A stretch of 64,000 bases of DNA from Candidatus Parcubacteria bacterium (GCA_026395685.1 JAPLYG010000001.1:7862-71861), one strand, 5' to 3'. Counted from the first letter of the stretch, positions 38,242 to 49,283 are shown. Made by a program: numbers and translations. The notes: generated by a model not told the origin, from the sequence alone.

Positions 38242-40059
38242 TTATTTTGTAAATAAGGCTTCAAAGTCACCGCGTTCCAGGGTTTCTTTTTCCAGCAAGA
38301 CAGAAACTATTTTTTCCAGTTGCACCTTGTTTTTTAGGAGAATATCTTTAGCTGTTTTTTGCGCCTGAGTGATCAGAGCTGAAATTTGATGATCAATCAT
38401 TTCTGATGTTTTTTCCGAATAATCGCGCTGTTCATGTATTTCTTTGCCTAAGAAAATAAGTTCTTCACGTTCTCCAAAGGTACGCGCGCCCAGGGTGTCA
38501 TCCATGCCATATTGGGTAATCAGGCTTTTGGCAAGCTTAGTGGCTTGTTGTAAGTCATTAGAAGCTCCGGTAGTTACTTCGCCAAAAATTTCCTTCTCAG
38601 CTACAAAGCCGCCCAGAAATACTGCTAATTCATCAATAAATTCTGAACGGGGATGTAAATGCTTATCTTCCAGGGGCAGTTTTAAAGTATAACCGGCAGC
38701 ATGGCCGCGGGAAATAATAGAAATTTTTTGTACCGGGTCAACATTTGGAAGCTCATGGGCAACTAAGGCATGGCCGGCTTCATGAAAGGCAGTGATTTTT
38801 CTTTCCTTTTCTGACAAAATGTGGCTTTTTCTTTCAGGTCCCAGCAAGACTTTTTCAATGCTTTCTAAAATATCAAGCTGTTCAATTGATTTTTTATTGC
38901 GTCTGGCCGCCATAATAGCGCCTTCATTCAAAACATTTGCCAAGTCAGCGCCAGAAAAGCCGGGGGTGCGTTCAGCTACTTTGCGTAAATCGACATCAGT
39001 GGAAAAAGGCTTATTTTCCGCATGGACTTTTAATATTTCTTCACGATCTTTAATATCGGGCATATCTAAAACTATGCGTCTGTCAAAACGGCCGGGGCGC
39101 AATAATGCCGGATCCAGAATGTCTGGCCTATTTGTTGCAGCCATAACAATGACATTGATTTTTGTTTCCATGCCATCCATTTCAACAAGAATTTGATTCA
39201 ATGTCTGTTTGCGTTCATCATGAGAGCCTCCCACACCTGCGCCACGCTGGCGACCGACAGCATCGATTTCATCAATGAAAATAATGCAGGGGCTGGATTT
39301 CTTTGCGCGTTTAAATAAATCACGTACTCTGGAAGCGCCTACACCCACAAACATTTCCACAAATTCTGAACCGGAAATAGAAAAGAAGGGAACATTAGCT
39401 TCGCCGGCAACTGCTTTGGCCAATAATGTCTTGCCTGTTCCGGGGGCGCCCATTAAAAGCACGCCTTTGGGAATTTTTGCGCCTAGCTGCAGGAATTTTT
39501 TAGGATTTTGCAGAAATTCAACAACTTCCAGCAGTTCTTCTTTTGATTCTTTACAGCCGGCCACATTTTTAAAGGTAATTTTATCCTTGCCTTTTTGCTT
39601 AAGTTCTCGAGCTTGGCTTTGGCCAAAAGACATGGCCTTGGTATTGGCTCCCTGAACCTGCCGCATCATCAGATAAATAAAAGCGGCGATAATAATAAAC
39701 GGAATTAAAATCGGCAAAATTGTGACTGCCCAAAAGCTCCAGCCTTCATCTTCTTTAACGTCAATCTTTACCTGTTTAATTTTTGCCGGATCAACATTAT
39801 AATTTTTCAATAATGTACTGAGAGAATCCGTGCTTTCTTTTTTGGTTATTTCCTTTTGTCCGTTAAGCAGGGTAATCTCCAGATTGCTGTTTTTGACAAT
39901 TATTTCCTTAACCTCCTGATTTTCAATCTGGCTGATTAATTTTTCCAGTCCGATTTCCGCGGGTTTTTCAGTCTTGGCATTGTAGGTGGAAAATAAGGCG
40001 GCAATAACCAGGAAGATTAGTAAGAAGATAAGAAAGTTTTTGAGGATAATTTTGGACAT
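38242..40059 (-). CDS. ftsH: ATP-dependent zinc metalloprotease FtsH
   Basis: Two [40 protein letters not shown] and HEAGH. Confidence 0.97.
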   Translation of the reverse strand: MSKIILKNFLIFLLIFLVIAALFSTYNAKTEKPAEIGLEKLISQIENQEVKEIIVKNSNLEITLLNGQKEITKKESTDSLSTLLKNYNVDPAKIKQVKIDVKEDEGWSFWAVTILPILIPFIIIAAFIYLMMRQVQGANTKAMSFGQSQARELKQKGKDKITFKNVAGCKESKEELLEVVEFLQNPKKFLQLGAKIPKGVLLMGAPGTGKTLLAKAVAGEANVPFFSISGSEFVEMFVGVGASRVRDLFKRAKKSSPCIIFIDEIDAVGRQRGAGVGGSHDERKQTLNQILVEMDGMETKINVIVMAATNRPDILDPALLRPGRFDRRIVLDMPDIKDREEILKVHAENKPFSTDVDLRKVAERTPGFSGADLANVLNEGAIMAARRNKKSIEQLDILESIEKVLLGPERKSHILSEKERKITAFHEAGHALVAHELPNVDPVQKISIISRGHAAGYTLKLPLEDKHLHPRSEFIDELAVFLGGFVAEKEIFGEVTTGASNDLQQATKLAKSLITQYGMDDTLGARTFGEREELIFLGKEIHEQRDYSEKTSEMIDHQISALITQAQKTAKDILLKNKVQLEKIVSVLLEKETLERGDFEALFTK

Positions 40060-40086
40060 AGATGATAGATTATAGATAATGGATTA

Positions 40087-40116
40087 TCCCGCGAAGCGGG
40101 AAGCCGCTACGCGGCT
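40087..40116. repeat. 30-bp double-palindrome unit
   Basis: tcccgc-gaa-gcggga followed by agccgc-tac-gcggct. Confidence 0.85.
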
Positions 40117-40158
40117 TAGATTTTAGTTTAAGATATTTTGCCGAAAAAGTCAATGATT

Positions 40159-40899
40159 CTATTTGGTTTTGCTTACATTCCAAACAACGCGCCAGATAAA
40201 TTTTAAACTGGTTGCTAATTCCTGGCTTTCAATGATCAGGCCATAGCTTTCTTTGGCTGATGAAAGGATTGAAATTTTATTATCATAAATATCAATATTC
40301 ACGAAAAAATCCTTTTCTTCAGTAGGGAAATATCGTAAATCACGTAAAAATTCTTCGCCTCCCTGCCATTCTTTTATCGGTAATTCTTTGCCCCTGATTC
40401 TGATAGCATTTACTTTAATGCCTTTTTCTTTTCTTTTTTTAATCCAGTCACCTAAAAATTTTTTTCCCACTAAATTAACTTCATCCTTGATAGTACCAAA
40501 ATAATATATCTGATCCTTGGTGGTTAATAAGTCTTCATATATATGCTTAATGCCTTCAATTCCTTCATAGTATCTGATCTTTGGTTTTTGCAGTGATTTG
40601 CTGGCTAAAAATTTTAAATCAGGCAAAAGCTGTTTAATGGCTTGAGTCTGTTTTTGCAAAATCAGTTCCAATGATTCCGGGGGAGCGGCATTATAAAGTT
40701 TTCTTTTACCGCTAAAAGTGGCAATGATAAAGCCCTGATGAATCAAAGGTTCAATAAATTCATGAATAGTGGTTCTTTTGACCCCTGATTTAGAAGCTAA
40801 ATCAATAATTGTAGTCGGTCCAAACTCCAAAGCAGCCAGATATACTTTGGCTTCTTTTTCATTTAAGCCTAATTGTTGTAATAAGTCTATTTGTTCCAT
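40159..40899 (-). CDS. TrmB-family transcriptional regulator
   Basis: LGLNEKEAKVYLAALE wHTH, KPKIRYYEGIEGI and IYDNKI. Confidence 0.85.
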   Translation of the reverse strand: MEQIDLLQQLGLNEKEAKVYLAALEFGPTTIIDLASKSGVKRTTIHEFIEPLIHQGFIIATFSGKRKLYNAAPPESLELILQKQTQAIKQLLPDLKFLASKSLQKPKIRYYEGIEGIKHIYEDLLTTKDQIYYFGTIKDEVNLVGKKFLGDWIKKRKEKGIKVNAIRIRGKELPIKEWQGGEEFLRDLRYFPTEEKDFFVNIDIYDNKISILSSAKESYGLIIESQELATSLKFIWRVVWNVSKTK

Positions 40900-41042
40900 A
40901 TGGCTAAATTTGAAGTGTTGACGAAATAACCGTCATATTTAGTATATCATAAGTTTTAGGCTAAGTCAATAGTGTCTATTTTATGGCTAATTGACGATAA
41001 AAATAAGAATTATGAAATTTTTATAACTAAGTGACGTAATAC

Positions 41043-41071
41043 TTGACATATTTCTCTAAATGTGCTATACT
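41043..41071 (+). promoter_or_regulatory. Sigma70 promoter
   Basis: TTGACA-17 nt-TATACT. Confidence 0.75.
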
Positions 41072-41134
41072 GTTATATCAGGATGAGAAAGGATAGTACT
41101 TAAACAAACGTTCCCAACCCAAAAGGAGGAAGAT

Positions 41135-41809
41135 ATGAAGAAGATGATGATGGCGGCTATGGTTGTTTGCCTGTTGGCTACTTCGGCTAAGGCTGGCCAG
41201 CTTCGGTTGGCAGGCTACTTCGATGTTATCCGGGAGCAGAGAACCATAACGCTTGATGGTTTCTCGCAGCTGTCCACGAAGTGGAGCGCCTGGGGATTCG
41301 TGGACTTTTACACAAATCCGGGAAACCAGAAGCAAGCAGCTGACAATGCTGATGTCCAGACGTTCTGTGGCAAAGGCACTCTGAGCTTCGTTCTCTGGCA
41401 GATTGATCAGAACAACTCTGTCAAACTGACTGGCGAGCTGATTGATTCTTCCTGGGCAAGCTCGCAGTTTCGGCCTGGTATTCAGTGGATGTTCGCCGAC
41501 GATCAGGGCTGGGTCAACTTCAAGATTTTGCCGGTCACGTTTGAACTGGTAACTCCTGAAGAAGAAATCCCGCAGGTCGGAGTGCTGGGCAGCGCCTGGA
41601 ATCTCAACGTGACTGACAAACTCTTCTGGGAAGGGTTCTGGGAAATGAGCTTTAGCTATGAGCAGCAGGATCAGCATTTCCCCTTTATTGCTGAGACTCA
41701 GCTTGGTTACCGGTTATTTGAAAAAGTTAATGTGCTGGTCGAGTACCGGTACAATAACTTTGTGGAAGATGACCACGGCCTCGGACTCGGGGCTGAGATC
41801 GTCTTCTAA
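41135..41809 (+). CDS. Secreted protein resembling an outer-membrane beta-barrel
   Basis: Signal peptide, alternating aromatic/polar strands, C-terminal GLGLGAEIVF; AGGAGG RBS. Confidence 0.55.
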   Translation: MKKMMMAAMVVCLLATSAKAGQLRLAGYFDVIREQRTITLDGFSQLSTKWSAWGFVDFYTNPGNQKQAADNADVQTFCGKGTLSFVLWQIDQNNSVKLTGELIDSSWASSQFRPGIQWMFADDQGWVNFKILPVTFELVTPEEEIPQVGVLGSAWNLNVTDKLFWEGFWEMSFSYEQQDQHFPFIAETQLGYRLFEKVNVLVEYRYNNFVEDDHGLGLGAEIVF

Positions 41810-41902
41810 CGCAAGGGGAACAGACTTTCTGAAAGTCTGCTCCCCACCTAAATTCAAATCCCGCCCTTAAGTGGACGGGATTTTTTAAATGGGTTTATAG
41901 GT

Positions 41903-42000
41903 AATCGGTTTCGATATTCGTTTCGTTTATCGGAAATCGTTATTGGTAACAAATTCCGTATAACGCATAACGTAACGTTAAACGATACCGAATAACGAAA
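41903..42000. repeat. TCG/ACG-rich periodic inverted repeat, copy 1
   Basis: aatcggtttcgatattcgtttcgtttatcg...aacgataccgaataacg; related to the copies at 43546 and 49858. Confidence 0.7.
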
Positions 42001-42051
42001 AACAAAAAAGAAATCCCTTGGTGGGGATTCCTTTTTTTATATTATTCAATT

Positions 42052-43464
42052 TTATTGCACTGTTAACACCAAATCATTGGAATAAACTCCGCAAGCTCCG
42101 CCCAGATATTCGCAGACTCGGAAATGATAAGTACCTGCGCTCAATCCCTGCCAAACATCGCTTTTAGCGGCGGAGCTGGAAAGATAATGATAATCATCAC
42201 CGGGATAAATCGGATTTATATGTTCAGCTTTAACAATTTTAAAACCTTGCCCGGAGGTAAAACTGGCTGTCCAGTTTAAACTTACGCTATTGCCGTAAAC
42301 TACCGCTGAAGCCGAGATGCTTTTATCGGCAGTTGAAGTTGTTGCTGCTTTGATAATTACTATTACATCATTGGAATAAACTCCGCAGGACCCGCCTAAA
42401 TATTCACAGACACGGAAATGCCAGGTGCCAACTGCTAAGTCAGACCATAAATCTATATTTGCTGACGGGCTGGATAAATAGTGGTATTCATCGCCGGGAT
42501 ATACTGGATTTACATGTTCGGCTTTGACGATCTTAAACCCGCTGGGAGAAGAAATATTTGTAGTCCATTTTATTTTTATGCCGTCAGTAACTGTTTCTGA
42601 CATTGCAGTAATGCTTTTTGTGCCGGTGTTTATTCCGTCTTCGACTATAAATGCCATGTTATCACTGTAGATTCCGCATTTGCCAGCCTGATACTCGCAG
42701 ACGCGGAAATAATAGGTGCCTTTGAATAGTCCTTCCCAAGTATCACTGCGAGCTGAAGGATCTGATAAATAATGATATTCATTGCCAGGATAAACCGGGT
42801 CTGGCTGGTTAGCCCAGACAACTTTAAACCCCTGGTCAGCGCTAATATTGGTGGTTGTCCATTTCAAGTTAACAGTATTGGTGGAAATAGATCCGGTTAA
42901 AGTAATTTTGCTGAGCTGGGAGTCGGTCGGATCTGGCTGGGTTGAAATTAATTTATCCTGATTAATGGAATAAGTCGCAGGGATAGCGGTTAATTCAGGA
43001 TTTTCTAAGGGTTCGCCGATTTTATAATTTATAAAAAATGGATCTGGCACATCATCAATTTTTTTAGACCAATCTGCACCCCATAAATTTTTTGCCAAAG
43101 ATTCGCTGGTTACCCATTTTAAAGTTCCTTCCTTATCAACATAGTAAACTTTGGGATCGGTGGTAATTTTTACGAGTTTAACGCCGGGCTTGTAGGTAAC
43201 ATTGCCGCCAATCGGAATTTCACCCAATAATTCATTACTGATTGCGATTACAGTATCAAAAGTGATAAACCAGGTTTTGTAAGTTTTTTCTGTGGGGAAA
43301 ACATAACGTTTGCCATCTGCGCCATAGTAATAAATACTATCGCTGGAGCCTCTAATCAAAGTTCCGGGGACTAAAGAGGAGGAGATGGTGGCTGAAGCTG
43401 TCAGAGGCAATAACGTTAAGACAAAAAGTCCTATTAGCGCCCCCACTAAAAATTTCTTCAACAT
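42052..43464 (-). CDS. Secreted/surface protein with three FN3-like repeats
   Basis: Signal peptide; GTLIRG..SIYY..KRYVF domain; three repeats of GFK.V.....PVYPG..YHYLS...FRVCEY.GG.CGVYSN. Confidence 0.7.
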   Translation of the reverse strand: MLKKFLVGALIGLFVLTLLPLTASATISSSLVPGTLIRGSSDSIYYYGADGKRYVFPTEKTYKTWFITFDTVIAISNELLGEIPIGGNVTYKPGVKLVKITTDPKVYYVDKEGTLKWVTSESLAKNLWGADWSKKIDDVPDPFFINYKIGEPLENPELTAIPATYSINQDKLISTQPDPTDSQLSKITLTGSISTNTVNLKWTTTNISADQGFKVVWANQPDPVYPGNEYHYLSDPSARSDTWEGLFKGTYYFRVCEYQAGKCGIYSDNMAFIVEDGINTGTKSITAMSETVTDGIKIKWTTNISSPSGFKIVKAEHVNPVYPGDEYHYLSSPSANIDLWSDLAVGTWHFRVCEYLGGSCGVYSNDVIVIIKAATTSTADKSISASAVVYGNSVSLNWTASFTSGQGFKIVKAEHINPIYPGDDYHYLSSSAAKSDVWQGLSAGTYHFRVCEYLGGACGVYSNDLVLTVQ

Positions 43465-43545
43465 AAATTTAGGGTTATTAGTTAGGTTTATACTTTTAGT
43501 TTAGCAGATAAAGTTGGGTTTAGGCAAAACAAATTGTTAATCGTC

Positions 43546-43630
43546 AATCGGTATCGAAAATCGTTACGTTTATCGTTAATCGTTTGACGAGACGTAATGG
43601 AAAACGAAGCTGAAAAACGTATAACGAGAA
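43546..43630. repeat. TCG/ACG-rich periodic inverted repeat, copy 2
   Basis: 43546-43589 matches 49858-49901 at 42/44 nt. Confidence 0.75.
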
Positions 43631-43784
43631 TGTTTGACAAATATCCCCAAAATGTTAAGTTTAAAGCAAATAAGAAATTGTCTAGGGGGACAGTTTTTTA
43701 TTTTTTAGAGATAAAGGTCTTTGAAAAAAAAGAGTCTTAAGGTATAACAAGGTTAACGATTACGCAAAGAAAGGGAGATGCCAG

Positions 43785-46700
43785 ATGTCTATGTTCTATC
43801 GCATCTATCGTCGGCCGCTACTCTCAACAGCCAGGACTGAAGAATTACAGCAAGTTCTGGCAGAAGTGGTGCCGGAAATTTCTGGGCTGGAAACTGAAAA
43901 AGTATTCTGCCTGGAAACAAAAAGGGAACTGACTGACGAGGAAATGGATCGGCTCAGGTGGCTCTTAGGCGGAGCTGACAGAGCCAAATGTCTGTCAGAC
44001 AGAACTTTTTTCCAAGATCACAGCAATGTGATAGAAATTGGTCCGCGGCTGCATTTTGAAACAGCTAATTCAACCAATGCTGTTTCCATTTGCCAGTCCT
44101 GTGAACTACCTGTGATCAGGCTGGAAGAAGCCAGACGTTACAAATTCATAAGCACTCAAACCTTGGGCAATGGCAAGATCGATCTGATTCTGCCGTTGTT
44201 GCACGACAAAATGACAGAGTGTCCGTATCCCAATCAGCTGACAACTTTTGTCACTGACAAAAAGCCGGAGCCGGTAAAGTATATTCCGGTAATGGAACAG
44301 GGAATGGATGCTTTGGTCAAAGCCAATGCTGAATATGGCACTGGCATGGACAAGGCGGATTTGCAGTACTATTTGTATCTCTTCACTGAAGTTGCCAAAC
44401 GCAATCCCACTGATGTTGAATGGTGCGATCTGGGCAACTGTAATTCTGAACATTCGCGACATCATGTCTTCCGCGCCAAGCTGATTATCGACGGACAGGC
44501 AATGCCCTTCACGCTGATGGATATTATCAAAAGCACGCTGACCAATCTCAGCAACTCTATTATTGCTTTTGATGATAATGCCTCGGCGATTAAAGGTGTG
44601 CCAGTTGGTTTCCTCATTCCTGAAAGACCTGGTTTACCTTCGCCAGTGCGTATGGCCGAACTTTTACTCCATTACGTGCTGACCTGCGAAACGCACAATC
44701 ACCCCTGCTTATGGGCAGCATATCCCGGAGCAGGAACGGGTGGCGGTGGCCGCAGACGCGATAATCAGGGTTTGGGCAGAGGCGGCTTAATTGCTGCCTG
44801 TTCAGCTGGATTTTTTGGCGGCAATCTCAATATTCCGGGCTATCCCCTGGAATGGGAAGATCCAAACTTTGCCTATGATCCGCTGTGCGAAAGCCCGCTG
44901 AAATTTTTCCGCAAAGCTGTTAATGGCGCTTTTGATGACGGCAATCAGTGTGGCGAGCCAGTCATTCTGACTTTCTTCGAGAGCTTTGGCTTGCGTATCG
45001 GTGCCGAACGCTGGGAGTACATCAAGCCGATCATGTTTACCGGTGGCTTTGGCTTCCTTGATGATCGCCATGTTAAAAAACACGAACCTGTTCCTGGCTG
45101 GCTGATTGTCCGAATCGGCGGCAAGGCCCATGAAGTTGGTTTTGGCGGCGGTGCTGCTTCCAGCTTAATGGGTGGTCAGAACATTGCAGCCCTTGATTTC
45201 AAATCAGTGCAGCGCGCTGATGGGGAAATGGCTCGCAAAACCGACCAGGTTATCCGCACTTGCGTCATGAAGGGTGATGATAATCCGATTGAAACGATTC
45301 ATGACCAAGGCGCTGGCGGACCTGGTAATGTGCTTAAAGAAATCATGGCTCCGGCTGGCGGTAGGATTGATATTCGCAACATCATCCTGGGCGATAAAAC
45401 CATGTCACCGGTGGCGATCTGGGTTTCCGAGTTCCAGGAAAATATGGCGATGTTAATCAAGCCAGAGCGCTGGGAAGAATTCAAGGCCATCTGCGACCGG
45501 GAAAAAGTCCCCTGCGCCGTGGTGGGTACGATCACTGGCGACGGCAAAGTCGTGGTTATTGATTCTCAGAACAATACCACTCTCTTTGATCTCAGTCTCC
45601 AGCAGATTTTCGGTGAATATCCTCTGAAAACTTATGAGGATACGCGCCGCAAACTAGAACTTCAGCCGCTTAATTTACCCGAAGATCTGTCAGTGGCTCA
45701 AGCTCTGGAAAAAACTTTCAAGCTGTTACAAGTTGGTTCGCAGGAATGGGCAGTTCACGTGGTTGACCGCAGTGTTACACCGCATGTGGTGCAGCAGCAG
45801 TGTGTCGGCCCCTGGCAATTGCCGATCAACAAATATTCGGTGATTGCGCCCAGCCCCTTCAGTCATACTGGCATGACCAATTCAGTAGGCACTAAACCCA
45901 TCATCGGCTTGATTTCACCGCAAGCCAGCGCCAGAATGTCTGCTGCTGAAGCTTTGTTAAGGCTGATGTTTGTTCCGGTCAGCAGTCGAGATGAAATCAA
46001 AGCATCCATAAACTGGATGCTGGCAGCCAAAGTCCCGGGCGGGATTGCCTGGCTGTACGATGCTGCTGTGGCTTTGCGCGATTTCATGAATAGCATCGGC
46101 ATGGATGCTGATGGCGGCAAAGATTCTTTATCAATGGCTACTAATGCCGGCGGAGAAAGAGTCAAATCGCCCAGCACAGTAGTAGTCAGCACCTATGCTG
46201 CTTGTACGGATTATCGCCAGAGATTGCAGCCTTACCTCAAGAATCCTGGCCAAACCAAACTGTTATTTGTTGATTTGGCTAATGGCAAAACCCGCTTAGG
46301 CGCGAGCGCCTTAGCTCAAGTCTGTGGCCAAGTCGGCAATGACTGTCCTGATGTTGAGAATGTTGATTTAGTCAATCAGGCTTTTGATAGCGTCCAGAAA
46401 TTGCTGGTCGCTGACGGCTTGATTGTCTCTGGCCAGCTGCGCAGTCGTAATGGTCTGATCTCGTCGTTGTGTGAAACAGCCTTTGCCGGCAACTGCGGAC
46501 TGTCAGTTAACATTCAACATCCGACAGCTTCGGCTAAAGAGGTACTGTTTTGCGAAGAGCTGGGTTTTGTCCTGGAATATCTGCCGGAAAACGAAGACGA
46601 CTTGTTGGCAGCGTTTGCCGAAGCCGGTCTTTCGAAGCATATCCAACAGATCGGAGTAACCACTACGGATAAGCAAATCATTATTCGTTTTAATGGGGAA

Positions 46701-47684
46701 CCGATCTTCAATGAACCGAGTGATCTCTGGCTACAAAAATGGCGGGAAACATCTTTCCGGATGAAAGCCTTGCGTTCAGTCAAAGCAGTCGTGGCTCAAG
46801 AAAGAGCCAATATTGCCAAAGGCAACGGCCTGGAATTTTCTCTCAGCTTTAATCCGGATTTAATTACTCCGGTGAAGACTGATTTTCCCGGCAAACCGAA
46901 AGTGGCCATTATCCGCGATGAAGGCACTAACAGCCAAGAAGAAATGAAAGTCGCGTTTTACTTGGCTGGCTTTGAACCCTATGATGTCACCATCACTGAT
47001 CTGGCCAGCGGAAAAGTCAGTTTGCGCGATTTTCGCGGCGTCGCTTTCCCAGGCGGATTCAGTTATAAAGATGTCCTGGGTTCAGCTGTTGGCTGGGCCG
47101 GAGTAATCAAGTTTAATCCGGTTCTTGTCAAAGAATTTTTAGCCTTTTTTCAACGGACAGATACTTTCAGCGTGGGCATCTGTAATGGCGATCAGGTAGA
47201 AATCTGGCTGGGAGTGCTTTATCCCGAGCTTGATGAATTGTCGCAGCCCAGGATGTACTTCAACTTGAGTGAATCTTTTGAATCGCGATTTGTCAGAGTG
47301 AGCATCTTGGATTCTCCAGCAATCATGTTGAAGGGTATGGCTGGATCAATTCTGGGAATCCACGTAGCTCATGGCGAAGGTCGTTTTTACTTCCCGGATG
47401 ACCAAATCTATCGTAGTATCCTATCCAAAGGTTTGGCGCCGGTAAGGTACATTGATCCGAGCGATCAACCGACTGAGGATTATCCCTTCAATCCCAATGG
47501 ATCTCCTGCGGGTATTGCGGCTTTGTGTTCTGCTGACGGCAGGCATCTTGCTATTATGCCGCATCCAGAACGTACAGTCCTAGTCAGGCAGTGGCCTTAT
47601 TTGCCCTACGGGACAAATTGGGAAAACTCGCCCTGGCTGAAAATGTTCCAGAACGCCTATCAGTGGTGTATGGAACAGAAGTAA
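43785..47684 (+). CDS. purL: Phosphoribosylformylglycinamidine synthase (large single-chain type)
   Basis: NSEHSRH, ETHNHP, IHDQGAGG, GGKDSLSM, GGFSYKD, GICNG, HGEGR and MPHPER. Confidence 0.96.
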   Translation: MSMFYRIYRRPLLSTARTEELQQVLAEVVPEISGLETEKVFCLETKRELTDEEMDRLRWLLGGADRAKCLSDRTFFQDHSNVIEIGPRLHFETANSTNAVSICQSCELPVIRLEEARRYKFISTQTLGNGKIDLILPLLHDKMTECPYPNQLTTFVTDKKPEPVKYIPVMEQGMDALVKANAEYGTGMDKADLQYYLYLFTEVAKRNPTDVEWCDLGNCNSEHSRHHVFRAKLIIDGQAMPFTLMDIIKSTLTNLSNSIIAFDDNASAIKGVPVGFLIPERPGLPSPVRMAELLLHYVLTCETHNHPCLWAAYPGAGTGGGGRRRDNQGLGRGGLIAACSAGFFGGNLNIPGYPLEWEDPNFAYDPLCESPLKFFRKAVNGAFDDGNQCGEPVILTFFESFGLRIGAERWEYIKPIMFTGGFGFLDDRHVKKHEPVPGWLIVRIGGKAHEVGFGGGAASSLMGGQNIAALDFKSVQRADGEMARKTDQVIRTCVMKGDDNPIETIHDQGAGGPGNVLKEIMAPAGGRIDIRNIILGDKTMSPVAIWVSEFQENMAMLIKPERWEEFKAICDREKVPCAVVGTITGDGKVVVIDSQNNTTLFDLSLQQIFGEYPLKTYEDTRRKLELQPLNLPEDLSVAQALEKTFKLLQVGSQEWAVHVVDRSVTPHVVQQQCVGPWQLPINKYSVIAPSPFSHTGMTNSVGTKPIIGLISPQASARMSAAEALLRLMFVPVSSRDEIKASINWMLAAKVPGGIAWLYDAAVALRDFMNSIGMDADGGKDSLSMATNAGGERVKSPSTVVVSTYAACTDYRQRLQPYLKNPGQTKLLFVDLANGKTRLGASALAQVCGQVGNDCPDVENVDLVNQAFDSVQKLLVADGLIVSGQLRSRNGLISSLCETAFAGNCGLSVNIQHPTASAKEVLFCEELGFVLEYLPENEDDLLAAFAEAGLSKHIQQIGVTTTDKQIIIRFNGEPIFNEPSDLWLQKWRETSFRMKALRSVKAVVAQERANIAKGNGLEFSLSFNPDLITPVKTDFPGKPKVAIIRDEGTNSQEEMKVAFYLAGFEPYDVTITDLASGKVSLRDFRGVAFPGGFSYKDVLGSAVGWAGVIKFNPVLVKEFLAFFQRTDTFSVGICNGDQVEIWLGVLYPELDELSQPRMYFNLSESFESRFVRVSILDSPAIMLKGMAGSILGIHVAHGEGRFYFPDDQIYRSILSKGLAPVRYIDPSDQPTEDYPFNPNGSPAGIAALCSADGRHLAIMPHPERTVLVRQWPYLPYGTNWENSPWLKMFQNAYQWCMEQK

Positions 47685-47726
47685 TCCAAACGCCCCGTTG
47701 TCGCAAGACGCGGGGCTTTTTTTAAT

Positions 47727-47850
47727 TGGTGAGTAGTGTGTTGGTTAGGAAGCTAGTAGGTGGAGGTTTCATGGGTTAGGTGTTGAATAAATACTTTACC
47801 TTAACACTCTGCACTTACTAGCATCTTTACCTTTGCACTTAACCGTATGT
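47727..47850. repeat. Degenerate periodic inverted repeat between the purL terminator and the purM promoter
   Basis: GT-rich arm followed by a CA-rich arm; similar to 49098-49229. Confidence 0.55.
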
Positions 47851-47924
47851 TTGACAATTTTCAACATTTTTAATATGGTAAATACGAATTGGTTACAAGT
47901 TTGTACTTTAACAAGGAGAATATT

Positions 47925-49043
47925 ATGGAAGAACAAAAGGGAATGACGTATCAGGGAACCGGCGTAAACTACGATGACATGGATCCATTTAAAAGAGAGG
48001 CGCAACAAGCCGGACTGAAAACAGCCGGTAACATCAGCCGTCTTAATATGACGGAATTTGCTCCGAGCCGGGGCGAGAGCGCGTATCTGGTTGATTGCGG
48101 GAATCATTTTTTGGCGCAGGTCGTGGAAGGCTTGGGTACCAAGAATATTGTGGCCGAAGCCATGCAACAGCTAACCGGTGAATTGCATTTTGATTTAATT
48201 GCCCAGTGCTGCATGGCCATGATCGTCAATGACCTGATTACTGTCGGCGCCTTGCCCATTTCCGCGGCCATGTATTTGGCAGTGGGTGATTCAGCCTGGT
48301 TCAAAGACGAAGCGCGCGCCAAGAATCTGATTGACGGCTGGATGCATGCCTGCAATAAGTCTGGCTGTACCTGGGGTGGTGGGGAAACACCCACACTCAA
48401 AGGCATTATCAATCCAAATACAATCGATCTGAGTGGCGCGGCCATGGGCATCATTAGGAATAAACAGCATTTGATTACTGGCGAGAAGATCAAGCATGGC
48501 GATGTCATCATCGTTTTTGCCAGTTCCGGAATTCATGCCAATGGTCTGACTCTGGCCAGACGGATCGCTGAAAAGTTGTCCCAAGGCTACTTAACTCCAA
48601 TTGATTATATTGGCACGACATATGGCCGAGCCTTGCTGGATCCGACCGTGATCTATGTTCCTATCATCGAAGATTGTCAGTATTGGAATGTGAACGTACA
48701 CTACGCAGTCAATATCACAGGCCATGGTTGGCGCAAGCTGATGCGTAGTCAGGAACCTTTTATTTATGTCATTGAAACAATTCCTGATCCTCAGCCGGTT
48801 TTCCAGATCATGCAAAAGCATGGTCCGGTGGACGACGAAGAAGCCTATGGCAACCTGAATATGGGCGGTGGCTTTGCCATCTTTGTGTCAGAAAAGGATG
48901 TGCCTCTGGTCGTTGATATTTCCAAGGCTACCAACATACCGATTGTCGGCTACGGACATATTGAAAAAAGTGGTGAGGACAAGAAAGTCATCATTGAACC
49001 CAAAGGCATTACCTTTGATAGTAAAAGTCTGCAGGTTCGCTGA
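47925..49043 (+). CDS. purM: Phosphoribosylaminoimidazole (AIR) synthetase
   Basis: TYQGTGV, EGLGTK, MIVND, GGET, SSGIHANG, NITGHG and NMGGG. ATG at 47925 with AGGAG RBS; promoter TTGACA(47851)-17-TATGGT. Confidence 0.92.
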   Translation: MEEQKGMTYQGTGVNYDDMDPFKREAQQAGLKTAGNISRLNMTEFAPSRGESAYLVDCGNHFLAQVVEGLGTKNIVAEAMQQLTGELHFDLIAQCCMAMIVNDLITVGALPISAAMYLAVGDSAWFKDEARAKNLIDGWMHACNKSGCTWGGGETPTLKGIINPNTIDLSGAAMGIIRNKQHLITGEKIKHGDVIIVFASSGIHANGLTLARRIAEKLSQGYLTPIDYIGTTYGRALLDPTVIYVPIIEDCQYWNVNVHYAVNITGHGWRKLMRSQEPFIYVIETIPDPQPVFQIMQKHGPVDDEEAYGNLNMGGGFAIFVSEKDVPLVVDISKATNIPIVGYGHIEKSGEDKKVIIEPKGITFDSKSLQVR

Positions 49044-49097
49044 TTTGATTTTTAAAGGGATTCGTGGAAACGCGGGTCCCTTTTTCTAATTGTCAAA

Positions 49098-49229
49098 AAG
49101 GTTAGGGTTAGGATGTTGATAGGTGTAAAGTGCTTGGGTTAGGTGACCTTGCCCTGCCTGCCAATAGGAAGTAGACAGGCTAAACACTCCACTCTTAATA
49201 TCGTCTTTACCATTACACCTAACTCTTGT
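49098..49229. repeat. Periodic inverted repeat with central cctgcctg...agacagg palindrome
   Basis: 49173-49197 is identical to 49944-49968. Confidence 0.7.
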
Positions 49230-49283
49230 TTGACAAAATATAGATTTTATTATAATTTCAAGCTAGAAAAGAAGGGTCAAAAC

